A DNA stretch of 63,676 nt, filler included, from Chiloscyllium plagiosum (taxonomy: Eukaryota), in the NCBI RefSeq assembly GCF_004010195.1. It is 4 parts of 2 records of this genome, joined end to end, with 100 filler letters (N's around TTAATTAATTAA, not from the genome) between each part and the next. Parts side by side here need not be neighbours in the genome. Positions count along the whole stretch, not along the records: positions 1 to 30,064 come from NC_057716.1; 3 more parts are not named here. One strand, written 5' to 3'. The position numbers and the translations under genes are program-made. Numbering within the stretch: position 1 is the first letter of the stretch; each line of letters opens with the position of its first letter. The notes beneath the pieces are model-generated. The model was given only the letters and a program-made list of their open reading frames with translations. It did no database searches and had not been told where the DNA came from. Positions 1 through 12,494 of this stretch are shown piece by piece.

Positions 1-1019
1 TGGCATCACTGTGTAAAAGATCAAGTCAGCATTGTCCTACCCGACCATAGGACTGCTCTCTCATTAGAGAGAGATGTCTGGTAGTCGTTAACCTGAATAT
101 TACCACAGCGCAGGCAAGGGGAGCGGTTGAAAAAGAGAGTCCATTAATTGTGGATGGTTATTCTTGATGTGTATTAGCAACACACATGTCACGTGAACAA
201 TTAATATTTAAAAAGCCCCACAAATTCTGCAACTAAAATCCCCCAATCCTTGTACCATCCTGGTTAATCTCCTGTGCCCCCTCTAAGGGACCCTGCCTTC
301 CTCCACAATGTGTGAGCGAGCTGTGGTTCGCACAGACCCAGCTGCTCTGAACCCTGTGGGTGATAGCATAGAGCAACAGTTGCACTAAACCTCACTGTCT
401 GGAAGAGAGTGAGAGACAGCAATCCTGATGGCATTTAAAATCTATTTAGGAACACACTTGCAAGGCCAAGGCAGACAGGTCTATGGGCTCTGTGCTGGAA
501 AATGGGATTAAAATAGTTAGCTGGGAGATTTCGTTACAGCATAAACCCAATGGACCACAAAACCATCTTCTGTCATGTCGACCACAGACGCGTAATATGG
601 GAATATGACAAGCCACAATAGAAACCAGGTCAAGAAGGTGATATTAGAATAGATGATACATGATTGATTAATGTTTTTTGGAGGAAAATGTGACAGAGGT
701 TAAGCGGGACATTGTGGAGCTCTGGGTGCAGGAATCTGAAATAAAAATGGGTTATCCTGAAGGCTGGAATTAAAGAAAGGCACATCATAGAGATTTGTGA
801 GGATGGATATGATTAAAGACAGAGAGGGTGTTGAGACTGGAGGAGATTAGAGATTGGAGGATGTTGCAGAGATTGAGATGTTTTTGATGCAGAGATAGTG
901 ATAGTTCTGAAGCTAGAGAGGAATTATAGATAAGGATGAGTTGTTAGCTTTCCCAACACTACCTCTTTACTGGTAATGGTTATTTCTCTGTTCTCATCTG
1001 CCATCGCCTCCATAGGCCT

Positions 1020-1920
1020 GTGAAAATGAGAGTACACAGACAGTATGTTCCTGTTAAGGCCAAGGCTGGGAGGCGTCGAGAATGCTGCATGACCTGCGAA
1101 ATTGAGGCTCTGGTCAAGAAAATGAAGGAAGGATATGGCAGGTATAGACCACTGTGTTTGTGTGAATCCCTAGAGGACGATAAGGGCAGTAGGAGTATAC
1201 TCGCAGGAAACCAGGAGGCAAAAAAGGGGACATGAGATAGCTTTGGGAAATAGGTTTAAGGAGAATCCAAAGAGATTCAACAAATACACTAAAGACAAAA
1301 GAATAACTAGGCAGAGAATGACGACGCAAAGATCAACAAGACTGTCTATGGAACAGCAGGAGGTGGGAGAGATTCTGTAAGTACTTCATTTCAGTTTTTC
1401 CTGAAAGGGGATATGGAAGTTAGAGAAGTTGGAGAAATAAATAGTGATAACTTGGCAAGTGTACATATTACAGAGGAGGAGGTCCTGGATGTCTTAAAAT
1501 GTGGATAAATCCCTGGAATCTGATCAGGTGTATCCCAGAACTTTGTGGGTAATTAGGGAAGCTTTTGCTGGGCCCCTCGCTGCGATATTTGTATCATCAA
1601 TCGCCACAGGTGAGATGCTGGAAGACTGGTGCCATTATTTGAGAAAGGTTTTAAGGAAAAGCCAGGGAACTATAGACCGGTGAGCCTGAAGTCAGTGGCA
1701 GAGAAGCTGTTGGAAGAGATTCTCAGGGACAGGATTTACATGTCATTGGAAAAGCAAGAAATGATTAGGGAGAGTCAGCATGGCTTTGTGCATTGAAATC
1801 ATTAACTTGGACTTGAGAAAGACACAAGGTTTCACATAACACACTGGTTAGCAGGTTCAAAACTATAGAATTCTGGCGGAACGAGCTAGTTGGATACGGA
1901 ATTGGCTGGAAGGTCAAAGA
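1020..1920 (+). mobile_element. CR1-clade LINE ORF2 fragment (linker to early RT), frameshifted
   Basis: Decayed CR1 ORF2 motifs (KENPK.F.KY, DKS.G.DQVYPRTLW, PGNYRPVSL, ESQHGF); same family as 39745-41670. Confidence 0.9.
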
Positions 1921-2965
1921 GTCAAAGATGGACAGCACAGAAACAGAGTCCCGTCGATCCAACCAGTCCATGCTGATCAGATATCCCAATGCAATCTAGT
2001 ACCACCTGTCAGCACCCCCGACCCATATCTTTCCTATTCATATACACATGAAGATGCCTTTTAAATGTTACAATCATAATGGCCTCCACCACTTCCTCTG
2101 GCAGCTCATTCTATACACGTACCACCCTCTGTGTGAAAAAGTTGCCTCTCAAGTCTCTTTAAAGTCTTTCTCCTCGTACCATAAACCTATGCCCTCTAGT
2201 GCTGGGATCCCCCACGCCAGGGAAAGGACTTTGTCTATTTATCCTATCAATGCACCTCATGTTTTTATATACATAGATAAGATCACCTCTCAGCCTCCGC
2301 TGCAGGGAAAACAGACCCAGTCTATTCAACCGCTATTCAACCCCCAGCCGAGCTCAAATCCTCCAACCCTGGCAACGTTCTTGTAAATCTTTTCTGAACT
2401 CTTTCAAGTTTCACAACATCCTTCCAATAGGAGGGAGACCAGATTTGTACGCAACGTTCCAAAAGTGGCCTCAGCCACTGCAACATGATATCATAACTCC
2501 TGTACTCAATACTTTGTCCGATAAAGGAAAACATACCAAATGCCGCCTTCACTGTCCTATCTACCTGCACTCCAAGGTCTCTTTCTTCAGTAACACTCCT
2601 CAGGACCTTACCATTAAGTGTATAAGTCCTGCTAAGATTTGCTTTCCCAAAATGGCACTCCTCAGCCCATTCACCCATCTGATCAAGATCCCATTGTACT
2701 CTGAGGTAATCTTTTTCACTGTCCACTACACCTCCAGTTTTGGTGTCGTCTCACTAACTATACCTCCTATGTTCACATCCAAGTCATTGATATAAATGAC
2801 GAAAGGTAGTGGATCCAGCAGTGATCATTGTAACACTCCACTAGTCACAGGCCTCCAGTCTGAAAAGCAACCCTCAATCACCACCCTCTGGTCTTCTGCC
2901 TTTGAGCCAGTTCTGTACCCAACTGGTTAGTTCTCCCTGTATTCCATGAGCTCTAACCTTGCTGA
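1921..2965 (-). mobile_element. 5'-truncated CR1 LINE (late RT to 3' UTR) nested in the + strand CR1
   Basis: Minus ORF 2337..2726 reads ERDLGVQV...WSPSYWKDVVKLERVQKRFTR; 3' tail at 1921-2000. Confidence 0.9.
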
Positions 2966-2979
2966 ACAGTCAGTATCAT

Positions 2980-4345
2980 ATTGGAGGGTGCTTTTTGGAC
3001 TGGAAGCCTGTGATGAGCAATATGCTGTCAGGCTGGGTGCTGGGTCCACTGCTTTTTGCCAGTTAGGTAAATGATTTCTATGTGAATATAGAAGCTATGG
3101 TGAGTAGGTTTACAATAGACACCAAAATTTGAGATGCAATGGACAGCAAAGTTACCTGAGAGTCCAATGAGACTCCGATCAAATGGGCTGAGGAGTGGCA
3201 GATGAAGTTTAATTTAGATNNNNNNNNNNNNNNNNNNNNNNNNNNNNNNNNNNNNNNNNNNNNNNNNNNNNNNNNNNNNNNNNNNNNNNNNNNNNNNNNN
3301 NNNNNNNNNNNNNNNNNNNNNNNNNNNNNNNNNNNNNNNNNNNNNNNNNNNNNNNNNNNNNNNNNNNNNNNNNNNNNNNNNNNNNNNNNNNNNNNNNNNN
3401 NNNNNNNNNNNNNNNNNNNNNNNNNNNNNNNNNNNNNNNNNNNNNNNNNNNNNNNNNNNNNNNNNNNNNNNNNNNNNNNNNNNNNNNNNNNNNNNNNNNN
3501 NNNNNNNNNNNNNNNNNNNNNNNNNNNNNNNNNNNNNNNNNNNNNNNNNNNNNNNNNNNNNNNNNNNNNNNNNNNNNNNNNNNNNNNNNNNNNNNNNNNN
3601 NNNNNNNNNNNNNNNNNNNNNNNNNNNNNNNNNNNNNNNNNNNNNNNNNNNNNNNNNNNNNNNNNNNNNNNNNNNNNNNNNNNNNNNNNNNNNNNNNNNN
3701 NNNNNNNNNNNNNNNNNNNNNNNNNNNNNNNNNNNNNNNNNNNNNNNNNNNNNNNNNNNNNNNNNNNNNNNNNNNNNNNNNNNNNNNNNNNNNNNNNNNN
3801 NNNNNNNNNNNNNNNNNNNNNNNNNNNNNNNNNNNNNNNNNNNNNNNNNNNNNNNNNNNNNNNNNNNNNNNNNNNNNNNNNNNNNNNNNNNNNNNNNNNN
3901 NNNNNNNNNNNNNNNNNNNNNNNNNNNNNNNNNNNNNNNNNNNNNNNNNNNNNNNNNNNNNNNNNNNNNNNNNNNNNNNNNNNNNGGTGACCATAGAGGT
4001 TGATAAAATCGTTAGGGGCATGGATAGGGTAAACAGCCAGGGTCTTATTCCTGGTGAGTCCAAAACTAGAAAGCACAGGCGTGAGGGAAAAGATTGAAAA
4101 GGGATATTAGGGGCAAAGTTTCAAGCTGAACGTGGTATGTGTATGGAATGAGCTGCCAGAGAAAGTGTGGAGGCTGGTACAGATACAACATTTAAAAGGC
4201 ATCTCATTGAATATGTGATTGGGAAAGGTTTAGAAGGCTATGGGCAAAGTGCTGGCATATGGGACGAGATTAATTTAGGATATCTGGTCGGCATTGTTAA
4301 GTTGGACTGAAGGGTCTGTTTCTGTGCTGTACATTTCTATGGTAC
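2980..4345 (+). mobile_element. Continuation of the + strand CR1 (RT to 3' UTR), spanning gap 3220-3985
   Basis: Resumes at the EGCF..W.PV motif just where 1020-1920 stops; typical CR1 3' end at 4140-4345. Confidence 0.85.
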
Positions 4346-4839
4346 TAATAAATTAAAATTAAGATGGGTTTCTCTTTTATGGAGAGTTAGCAGAAGGTCA
4401 GACAATTCTCCATGGAGTTGAGAAGGTTAAGCAGTGATTTCGACCAGGAGTTGATTTGTTTCCAGGGTATTTCATTTACAGAGAGACAGAGTGAGAATTT
4501 TTTAACGTCACAATTTCTAGTAACTATTTTCAGATAACTGGCAAATAATGCAAAGAAAAATGTGAAGATTATTTTACTCACTAAGTTCTGAGCATCTGTA
4601 ACAGTTTAAAAGACAGCTGGATGCAGATTCAGTAGTTATTGTCAAAACAAGTTTGAATTTTAATATTTTTAAGGAAGGATTTGGAGGGCTATGTCCAAAT
4701 GGAAGGTGAGTTGGGACTGACTGGCACCATCTCCAGAAGGAGAGACTACAGCCCCAATGGGTAGAATAGCCCCCAGCCCCTGTGCTCTGTGATACTGACC
4801 CATTCACTGTGAATGATGAAGCTCATCACAGGGCAGAGC

Positions 4840-5225
4840 CGCAGAGATGTACAGCATGAAAATAAACCCTTTGGTTAAACAGGTTCATGCTGACCAGATA
4901 TCCCAACCTAATCTTGACCATTTGCCAACACTTGGCACATATCACTCTGCACCTTTCCTTTTCATATACCCATCCAGATGCCAAATGTTATAATTGTACC
5001 AACATCCTTCCCTTCCTGACAGAAGATTCTATATACGCACCAACATCAGTCGAAAAAAAAATGCCCCTCAAATCCATTTTAAATTCTTCCCCACTCATCT
5101 TAAACCTATGCCCTCTCATTCCGGACTCCCCCACCCCAGGGAAACGACCTTGTCTATTTATCCTACCCAGGCCCCTCCTGATTTAACAAACCTCTGAGGT
5201 CACCCCTCAGCCTTTCATGCACCTG
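4840..5225 (-). mobile_element. CR1 LINE 3' fragment
   Basis: Similar to 1921-2300 and 51490-51900. Confidence 0.8.
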
Positions 5226-5259
5226 GGAGGATCCCACCATCAGGTCACAATGGGGCCTG

Positions 5260-5515
5260 ACTGATTGACACAGCTTCAGACCAATAGGAGAGTTGGCGTG
5301 GTCCTCCAGCCAATGGGAGTTAATGAGGGGTGGGTCCAGCAGGCCAACACATGACCATCAGCTTTGCAGGCAGAGTGTCACTGTGAGTGGGGGACTGAAT
5401 GTGAAGGAGTGGGAGAGACAGCAGATACTGGGAGAGAGGTGGAGTTAGTGTGGACTGGGAAGGTTGATAAACACTGTTTCAGTCTGCTGGACCTGAATTA
5501 GATACTCCAGGTAAA
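5260..5515 (+). promoter_or_regulatory. CCAAT-box-rich promoter/first-exon relic of a ZNF-type gene
   Basis: CCAAT at 5281 and 5310, followed by purine-rich leader and donor-like CAG|GTAAAT near 5508-5516; paralogous to 57345-57600. Confidence 0.4.
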
Positions 5516-7130
5516 TTAGAACCAAAAGAACTGCGGAGGCTGTAAATCACACACAACAACCAGAAGGTACCGGAAAAGCTCAGCAGATCTGGCAGCATCT
5601 GTGAAGAGAAATCGGTTTGCATTTTGGATTCGGTGACGCTTCCTCAGGAACTGACGTTACTGAGGAAAAAATGTCGGTTTTTATGCAGAAGATAAGGATT
5701 AAGGAGTAGATGATAGGTGGGGATAGAGTCCAAAGAGAGAGATAAGTGCAGTTGGACAAAGGAGTGGATAACGATCTGCCGGGGGTGGGGGTGAATAGCT
5801 GTATATGGGGACTGTTAGTGGCTAACCATAGGTAATGTGTAATGGTAGGCTATTTAATAACAAGGCCTGGTATGTGGGATAGGGGGCAAAGACACTAGGA
5901 CGTGGGGGAGTTCAGGAGCTAAAATTATTAAATTTGATGTTGAAGCCAGAGGATTGCAGGGTTTACGAGTGGGAGATGAGGTATTATTCTTACAGCTTAT
6001 GTTAAAGTGTGGCGCTGGAAAAGCACAGCAGGTCAGGCAGCATCCAAGGAGCAGAATAATTGACGTATTGGGCATGTCAGCACTTCATCAGAAATGTGGG
6101 TGGTGGAATACGGCTGAGAGATAAATAGGGAGGGGTGTTTGGGGTTTGGGGAAGAGAGTTACGGAGGCAATAGGTGGTTGTATATGGGAGGTATTGGTGA
6201 GAGGGTGGAATGGATAATTGGAAAGGAGGATGGACAGGTGGGACTGTTCAAAAGGGTTGTGCCGAGTTGGAAGGTTGAATCTGAGATCAGGTGGGGGAGG
6301 GGAGATGAGGAAACCTTGATGCTGTGTGGTTAAAAATTCCCAAGGTGTTGCATGTCCTTGGCAGCGTGGCCGAGGGGGGTGGGGGTGGGGGGCGGGTAGC
6401 TGAAGTGGTCAGCCACAGGGCGATGGGGTTGGTTGGTGCATGTGTCCCAGAAATATGACCTGAAATATTCCACAATTTGGCGTCCTGAGAACAAAGGACA
6501 CAATAGGTGAGGTGTTTGGCTGGGCAGGGAAATCTATGCTGGATGTGGGAGGATCCTGTGGTGCCTTGGATGTAGATAAGGGGAAGGTGTGGGCACAGGT
6601 TTTCCACCTCTTGCAGTGGCAAGCGAAGGTGCCTGGAGTGGAGGATGCGTTGGTGGGGAGCGTGATCTAACATGGAAGTCACAGAGGGTATGGTCTCTGT
6701 GGAATGCTGAAAGGGGTGGGGAGGGAAATATATCTCAGGTGCTTGGATCTGATGGTGGAAATAGCAGAGGATGATGCCTTGTATCTGGGTGGAAGGTGAG
6801 TATGGTGGGATTCCATCTTTGTTGCATTTGGAGGGTGGGGTTCAAGGGCAGTGGTGTGGGAACTAGAGGGTATTGATGACCATATGGGAGAGGAAATTAC
6901 AGTCCTTGAAATAGGAAGCCATTTTGTATGCTCTGAAGTGTTCTTCCAGCTGGCATCAAACTTCACTGGAACACCGCAGTAAGCATGAGACAGACATGTT
7001 GGACAGGGAACAGTCTTGTGTGTGAAAGAGCAGGCAACTGGAAGCTCAGGGTCTTTTTTGCGGCACAATGTAGATCATCAGCCACCATTTCCACTACCGC
7101 CACTGAGATGCTAGAAGGTTCCTGTCTCCT
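5516..7130 (-). mobile_element. Penelope-like element remnants (stacked 3' ends, linker and GIY-YIG region), decayed
   Basis: Minus frames give HIQHRFPCPAKHLTYCVLCS and KKDPELPVAC (PLE GIY-YIG-type); degenerate hammerhead-bearing terminal repeats at ~5520-5660 and ~6005-6095. Confidence 0.75.
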
Positions 7131-7234
7131 CCATTAACAGCTTTCCAAATTCCCACTCCTTTGTCTTTCCAAATGTTCTGTGTCTCTTTGGGCTCTATCC
7201 CCACCTATTAGTTACTCTTTAACCCTATCTCCTG

Positions 7235-7440
7235 CAATCCAAAGATGTGTAGGTCAAGTGAGTTAGCCCAGCTAAATTTCCTGTAGTGTTCAGGGATGTG
7301 CATTAGTCTGGGGAAATGGAGAGTAATAGAATAGGGGAATGGGTCTGGGTGGGTAATTGGAGAGTAATAGGATAGGGGAATGGGAGGGTGGGTGTGGAAT
7401 TGTTGGGCCGAAGGGCCTGTTTCCTGAAGGGATTCTAATT
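7235..7440 (+). mobile_element. HE1-type SINE, 3' portion
   Basis: ccaaagatgtgtaggt...ttgttgggccgaagggcctgtt matches the 22238-22557 copy. Confidence 0.75.
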
Positions 7441-7853
7441 TTCCTAGCTGTCATCGGTTCTGAGGAAGGGTCACTGGACCCATGATGACCCTTGGTGTGT
7501 GCAGGAGGCGGAAAGGGGAGAGTGGCAGCAGAAACCAGATGAAATGTATCAGTGTATACTGGGAGGGTTTAGTTACACTCTGTGCAGTCATTAATCTGAA
7601 TTAGAAAATCCCACGTTTGCAGCAAAGGGGAAGATGGCTTGGACCTCAGGCAGTGAGAGGACCTGGGTTTGGCTGCCATCTTTATTTGGGATAAGGTACC
7701 GCAAGGAGCATGCACGTGTCCTCTTCCTGGGTGGGGGCGGGGTGATTTGAAGAGGAGCATTTACACATCAAACACATACCAAGAGAAATGTTTGCCTTCA
7801 CTATTCATCTTGCACTGACTGTGAGCTTTTATAGGATTCATTTTCATTTTATA

Positions 7854-8040
7854 GGATATTAATTGATAATAATTGAGACTGGGATCTCAATAAACAGGTT
7901 TCTACAGTCCACAGAGTCATCAGGATCTGAATATCATTGGCATTTAACTGTGGAACGAGAAGGGTTTGTCTGTTCTGTCTGTGGGAAAATATCTTCAATA
8001 TTTTTGTCAAGCCAAAAGCAGAAAGACGTTCAAGTCCATG
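7854..8040 (+). pseudogene. Truncated C2H2 ZNF coding-exon remnant (N-terminal degenerate finger only)
   Basis: Acceptor ttttcattttatag then SEYHWHLTVEREGFVCSVCGK...; ends without a finger array. Confidence 0.55.
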
Positions 8041-8442
8041 GTTGGGTCGCCCTTGGGGTATGTGTTCAATTCTTGGCCCTGCAGCTGTGGAAGGAGGTAT
8101 TGGCCTGAGAGAGAGCACAGATTTATCCATATTACACCTCATCTCTTTGCAGGAACTGTCAGATTTAGTCTCAATCATCAACTTTATAATGTTAATCTGT
8201 AAACTCCCTACATTCAATTCTCAGCAAATTTCTCATTGAAATTCCTTGTGGACTCAAATTCCAGCACCATTTCAGATGGAATGTTCCAGATTCTGACAAC
8301 TGTCTGCTCATTCAGAAACTGCTGAAGTCCATGTTGATTCTGGGGTTACAAAGGGCTGAATTGAGAGATGAGATGCTGGTCCTGTGCTCACATTGAGGTG
8401 CATTGTAACAGTACAGGAGGCTGAGGGCAGTGTAGGTGTGAG

Positions 8443-8646
8443 GAGAAAGTGAGGTCTGCAGATGCTGGAGATCAAAGTTGAAACTTTATTGCTGGAACAG
8501 CACAGCAGGTCAGGCAGCATCCAGGGAACAGGAGATTCGACGTTTCGGGCACAGGCCCTGAAGAAGGGCCTGTGCCCGAAACGTCGAATCTCCTGTTCTC
8601 TGGATGCTGCCTGACCTGCTGTGCTGTTCCAGCAATAAAGTTTCAA
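8443..8646. mobile_element. Palindromic PLE-terminus-derived mini-element with hammerhead core; 15-bp TSD
   Basis: TSD cagtgtaggtgtgag at 8428-8442 and 8647-8661; inverted arms 8477-8559 and 8565-8647 with one mismatch; empty site at ~59354-59368. Confidence 0.9.
8558..8590 (+). ncRNA. Minimal type I hammerhead ribozyme motif (stem I 5' strand lost to the inversion)
   Basis: CUGAAGA-A-GGGC CUGU GCCC-GAAA-C-GUC; palindromic ACGU stem III; predicted cleavage after C8585. Confidence 0.65.
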
Positions 8647-8989
8647 CAGTGTAGGTGTGAGCAGACAATGAAAATGACAGGGCTGCACTAAGAGTGCTGT
8701 TTTGCTCAATGAGAGTGTTTTGGAGTAGGGTGTAAACAGAGTGAGGTGAGACAGGGAGAAGGTGAAGCTGAAACTCAGTTTTAGTTCAGGCCTTTCAGAA
8801 ATTCACAGTCCCAATTGGAATAGCCAATTTGTCAGTGATACCTGTGGAGTATTTAAGTTTTTAAAGTATGACATATCAGCTTCAGTAAATATGTTTTTTT
8901 TTGTTATTATAATGGACATGTTTGAAGTGAAGGTAGGTTGCTCACTCATTTAAATTCTCGTAATGGGAGTAACTAGATGAATGTAGAGA

Positions 8990-9975
8990 GACGTTGTGCC
9001 AGGAGCCCTCAGACCCGTGGTGTGCTCCTCTTGCACAATGTGGGTAATAAGGGCCGCTTCCAGTGTCCCAGACGGCTATGTGTGCAGGAAGGGTTCCCAT
9101 CTGCAGCTATTGGGAAACTGCTTTTCAGAACTGGAGCTGAGAGTGGACTTACTGTGGAGCATCTGCAATACTGAGAATGTTATGGACAGCAAGTTTAGTG
9201 AGTTAGTCACACTGCAGGTGAGGGGTACACAGGCAGAAAGGGAATGGGGGAACATCAGATCTAGTAAAAGGCTCAGGAAGTGAGTGCAGGAGTCCCCCAT
9301 TGTTATCCCCTTCTCATACAGATACTATATACTGCTTGGGATTCTATGAGGGTGGGAATGTGTGGGGTGACTTCTTGGGAATTCAGCAACAGCCAGTTTC
9401 ATGACACCACAGAGAGCTCTGCTGATCAGAACAAGAGTACTGAGAGTGGCAGGGCTATAGTGACAGGGTATTCAATAATCAGGGGTACAGCCAGGCACTT
9501 CTGTGCTCACAGACATGAATCCAGGATGGTGTGTAATCTCCCTGGTGCCAAGATCTATGATATCATGGAGTCGCTGCAGGACATTCTGGAGCTGGAGGGT
9601 AAACAGCCCGTGGTCGTGCAACACACAGATATCAACGACATCGCTAAACAGAGGGATGAGGGCCTGAAAGCTGGACATAAGGAGAGCAGAGGTGCATTAA
9701 AATGTAGCTCCTGAAATGTAATAATGTCAGACTTACTCCCAGTGCCATGTGCTAATGAGAGCAGGAATGAGAAGGTAGATCAGCTGGATGTGTGGCTGGG
9801 GAAATGGTGTACCAGAGAAGGGTTTTGATTATTCAGGCACTGGGACTGTTTCTGGGTTAGGTGGGACCTATACCAGCCTGACCAGTTACCCTTGGGCAGA
9901 GCTGAGGCAAATCTGGTGGGAGGTTTTGCCAGTTCTATTGGTGAGTATGTAACTAGTCTGGCTGGGAGATGGGAA
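8990..9975 (+). mobile_element. CR1 ORF1 relic (N-terminal Cys motif, coiled coil, SGNH esterase-like domain)
   Basis: VVCSSCTMW...YVCRK..LQLL; IVTGYSIIRG...VCNLPGAKI...QPVVVQHTDINDI. Confidence 0.85.
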
Positions 9976-10369
9976 TTAAAGTGTCAGTTTAGATGGGTCA
10001 GATTCAGGTCAGGGAATGGGAGGTAGAATATTAGTGATGTAGTCAGCAGCTCAGAAAGCCAAAGAAAAGGAGGATTAAATGTGGATTGAGTCCCTCTTCA
10101 GCCATCAGTCCTGCCATCTCAGAAATGTGAGTCAAGAAAATGTGGAGCTGTATACATATCTATGACTCTACAATAAGAACATAAATTGCTGGACATCCTC
10201 AGCAAGTCTGTCAGCATCTGAAATGGTGACAGATGCAGGAAACATTGCAGCCTTAAAGAAGTGTTAAGATGATCACACCAAGCACTGAAATGTCGGTTAC
10301 ACGCTGAGTGCCAGAACGTGGGACTAGAATAAATAGACGCTTGATGACCAGCATGAATACGATGGGGCT

Positions 10370-10535
10370 GGAAGGTTGATGTTTCGGGTCAGGACTATTC
10401 ATCAGGACTGACAAACTGTCCTGACCCAAAACATCAACTTTCCTGCCCCTCTGATGCTGCCTGACCTGCTGCACTTCCCCAGATCAACATTGTATAAACT
10501 CTGACTCACAGCATCTGCAGCCCTTAACTATCTAC
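10370..10535. mobile_element. PLE-terminus fragment with short inverted repeat and degenerate hammerhead core
   Basis: Arms 10370-10395 and 10418-10443 (24/26 match); minus-strand CTGATGA...GAAAC; gatgctgcctgacctgctg tail. Confidence 0.6.
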
Positions 10536-12494
10536 ACATCCCAGGACTCAGGCTGGTGACCTTCCTTTACTCTCTCTCAATAACCAGGATAACTTTACTT
10601 GGGAAAGNNNNNNNNNNNNNNNNNNNNNNNNNNNNNNNNNNNNNNNNNNNNNNNNNNNNNNNNNNNNNNNNNNNNNNNNNNNNNNNNNNNNNNNNNNNNN
10701 NNNNNNNNNNNNNNNNNNNNNNNNNNNNNNNNNNNNNNNNNNNNNNNNNNNNNNNNNNNNNNNNNNNNNNNNNNNNNNNNNNNNNNNNNNNNNNNNNNNN
10801 NNNNNNNNNNNNNNNNNNNNNNNNNNNNNNNNNNNNNNNNNNNNNNNNNNNNNNNNNNNNNNNNNNNNNNNNNNNNNNNNNNNNNNNNNNNNNNNNNNNN
10901 NNNNNNNNNNNNNNNNNNNNNNNNNNNNNNNNNNNNNNNNNNNNNNNNNNNNNNNNNNNNNNNNNNNNNNNNNNNNNNNNNNNNNNNNNNNNNNNNNNNN
11001 NNNNNNNNNNNNNNNNNNNNNNNNNNNNNNNNNNNNNNNNNNNNNNNNNNNNNNNNNNNNNNNNNNNNNNNNNNNNNNNNNNNNNNNNNNNNNNNNNNNN
11101 NNNNNNNTATGATATTCAGCACTCCGGGGATCCAGGTGGCTACAGGTACCTCCAAGAGGGATCCAGTGAGAGTTGATTGTGAGAAACTGTTCACATGCAT
11201 GAAAGAAATAATAATGAGAAGGCACTGATGTAAAGCCATTGACAAAAGAAGCACATGTGACATGAGACAAAATGTTTTCATGCAGAGAAAGTTTATGGCC
11301 AGGAATGCCCTGCCAAAGAGTATGGTGGAGCCAGGTACAATGAAGACAATCGACTTGAACAATTATTGGAAGGGGACGATTGGGAAGGTTTATGGGGTAA
11401 AGGTAGAAGAATAGCATTCAGTGAGGTGATCCTTTGGAGAGCTGATGAGCCAATCAGCCTCCTTTTGCACCGTAAGATTTCTGTGAACATTTCATTCTGA
11501 GCCCTCTCGGGAAATTTCAGGGCAGGGTTTGTAAAGATGTCAGATTAAATGAGGGTCTCAGTGAACAAAAGCGAGACACCGATACAGAGAGGTTTTAGAA
11601 TAGATTGATTCAAATGTTAGCAATTTGCACGGCCACCGACATTACTGCAGTTACAAATGGGAGTCAACAAGAGAGTGGAATTAGAGCACCAAATAAATCT
11701 TGAACATTTATGCAGCTAAAGGGGATGCTGGGTAAAAATACGGCAGTTAGTGTTTATTTCATTCCAGACACGCCAGCCAGGGAGCACATCGTCCTATATC
11801 TATCCTATTGAGCTCTTGAAAAACTTTGTTCATTTCAAATGTTTCATATTTCCGTCTTCCAGAGAAGACAGCTTCATGCTCCTCAATCTCTCCTGACTGG
11901 ACAAAGCTGCTGTTAGAATTCAAATCACTGGGGCATGTTACTGACTGCTTCATGGATTGGAACTGGCAATTGAGACTGTAAGGTTACTGTATAAAATATC
12001 TTCAATTGTATTGCCAGATTGCTGGACACATGCGGGGCTTTAAGAAAAAGAACTTAACTAACAGGCATTGAGTGTCAGAGCACCTACTGTTGTGGGGGCA
12101 TCCTGTTTAGATACAATCTATTGATAATTGTTAGAATTGACTTATAATGCTCTGACCACGTCTATGGAGTTAGTATAACAGTCATCGAAGCTGATAATAC
12201 ATTTCCCATGGGTTAAAAGTCACAAATGATTGCGTAGGAACAAATTTGGCTAGTAAAGTCCAGTTATTCAAAATCACCCGAATTTACTTGCAGAAACAAG
12301 TGAGAGAAAGCCACATTATTGCATTAGTCCAAATTTAGAATTTCAGGAGAACTGAAGGGAGAGCTGGTGTTGGGAGCTGTAGTAATGAAGGAGATAAACT
12401 TGTTTTACAGAGAGAGAGTTCACAGATGAGAAACTCAGCTTTAACATCACATTTAACACACCCAATTCTGCAGGTCCTGAACATTATACATAAT

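Noticed and set aside
3078..4076. Long ORFs spanning poly-X (also near 10.5-11.4, 17.0-17.4, 43.2-43.9, 52.0-52.7 and 53.9-54.4 kb)
   Set aside because: They are artefacts of translating N gaps.
8990..9975. Domesticated esterase gene present in three copies
   Set aside because: All copies have stops or frameshifts and altered GDS/GTND motifs; this is a CR1 ORF1 relic carried by the segmental duplication.
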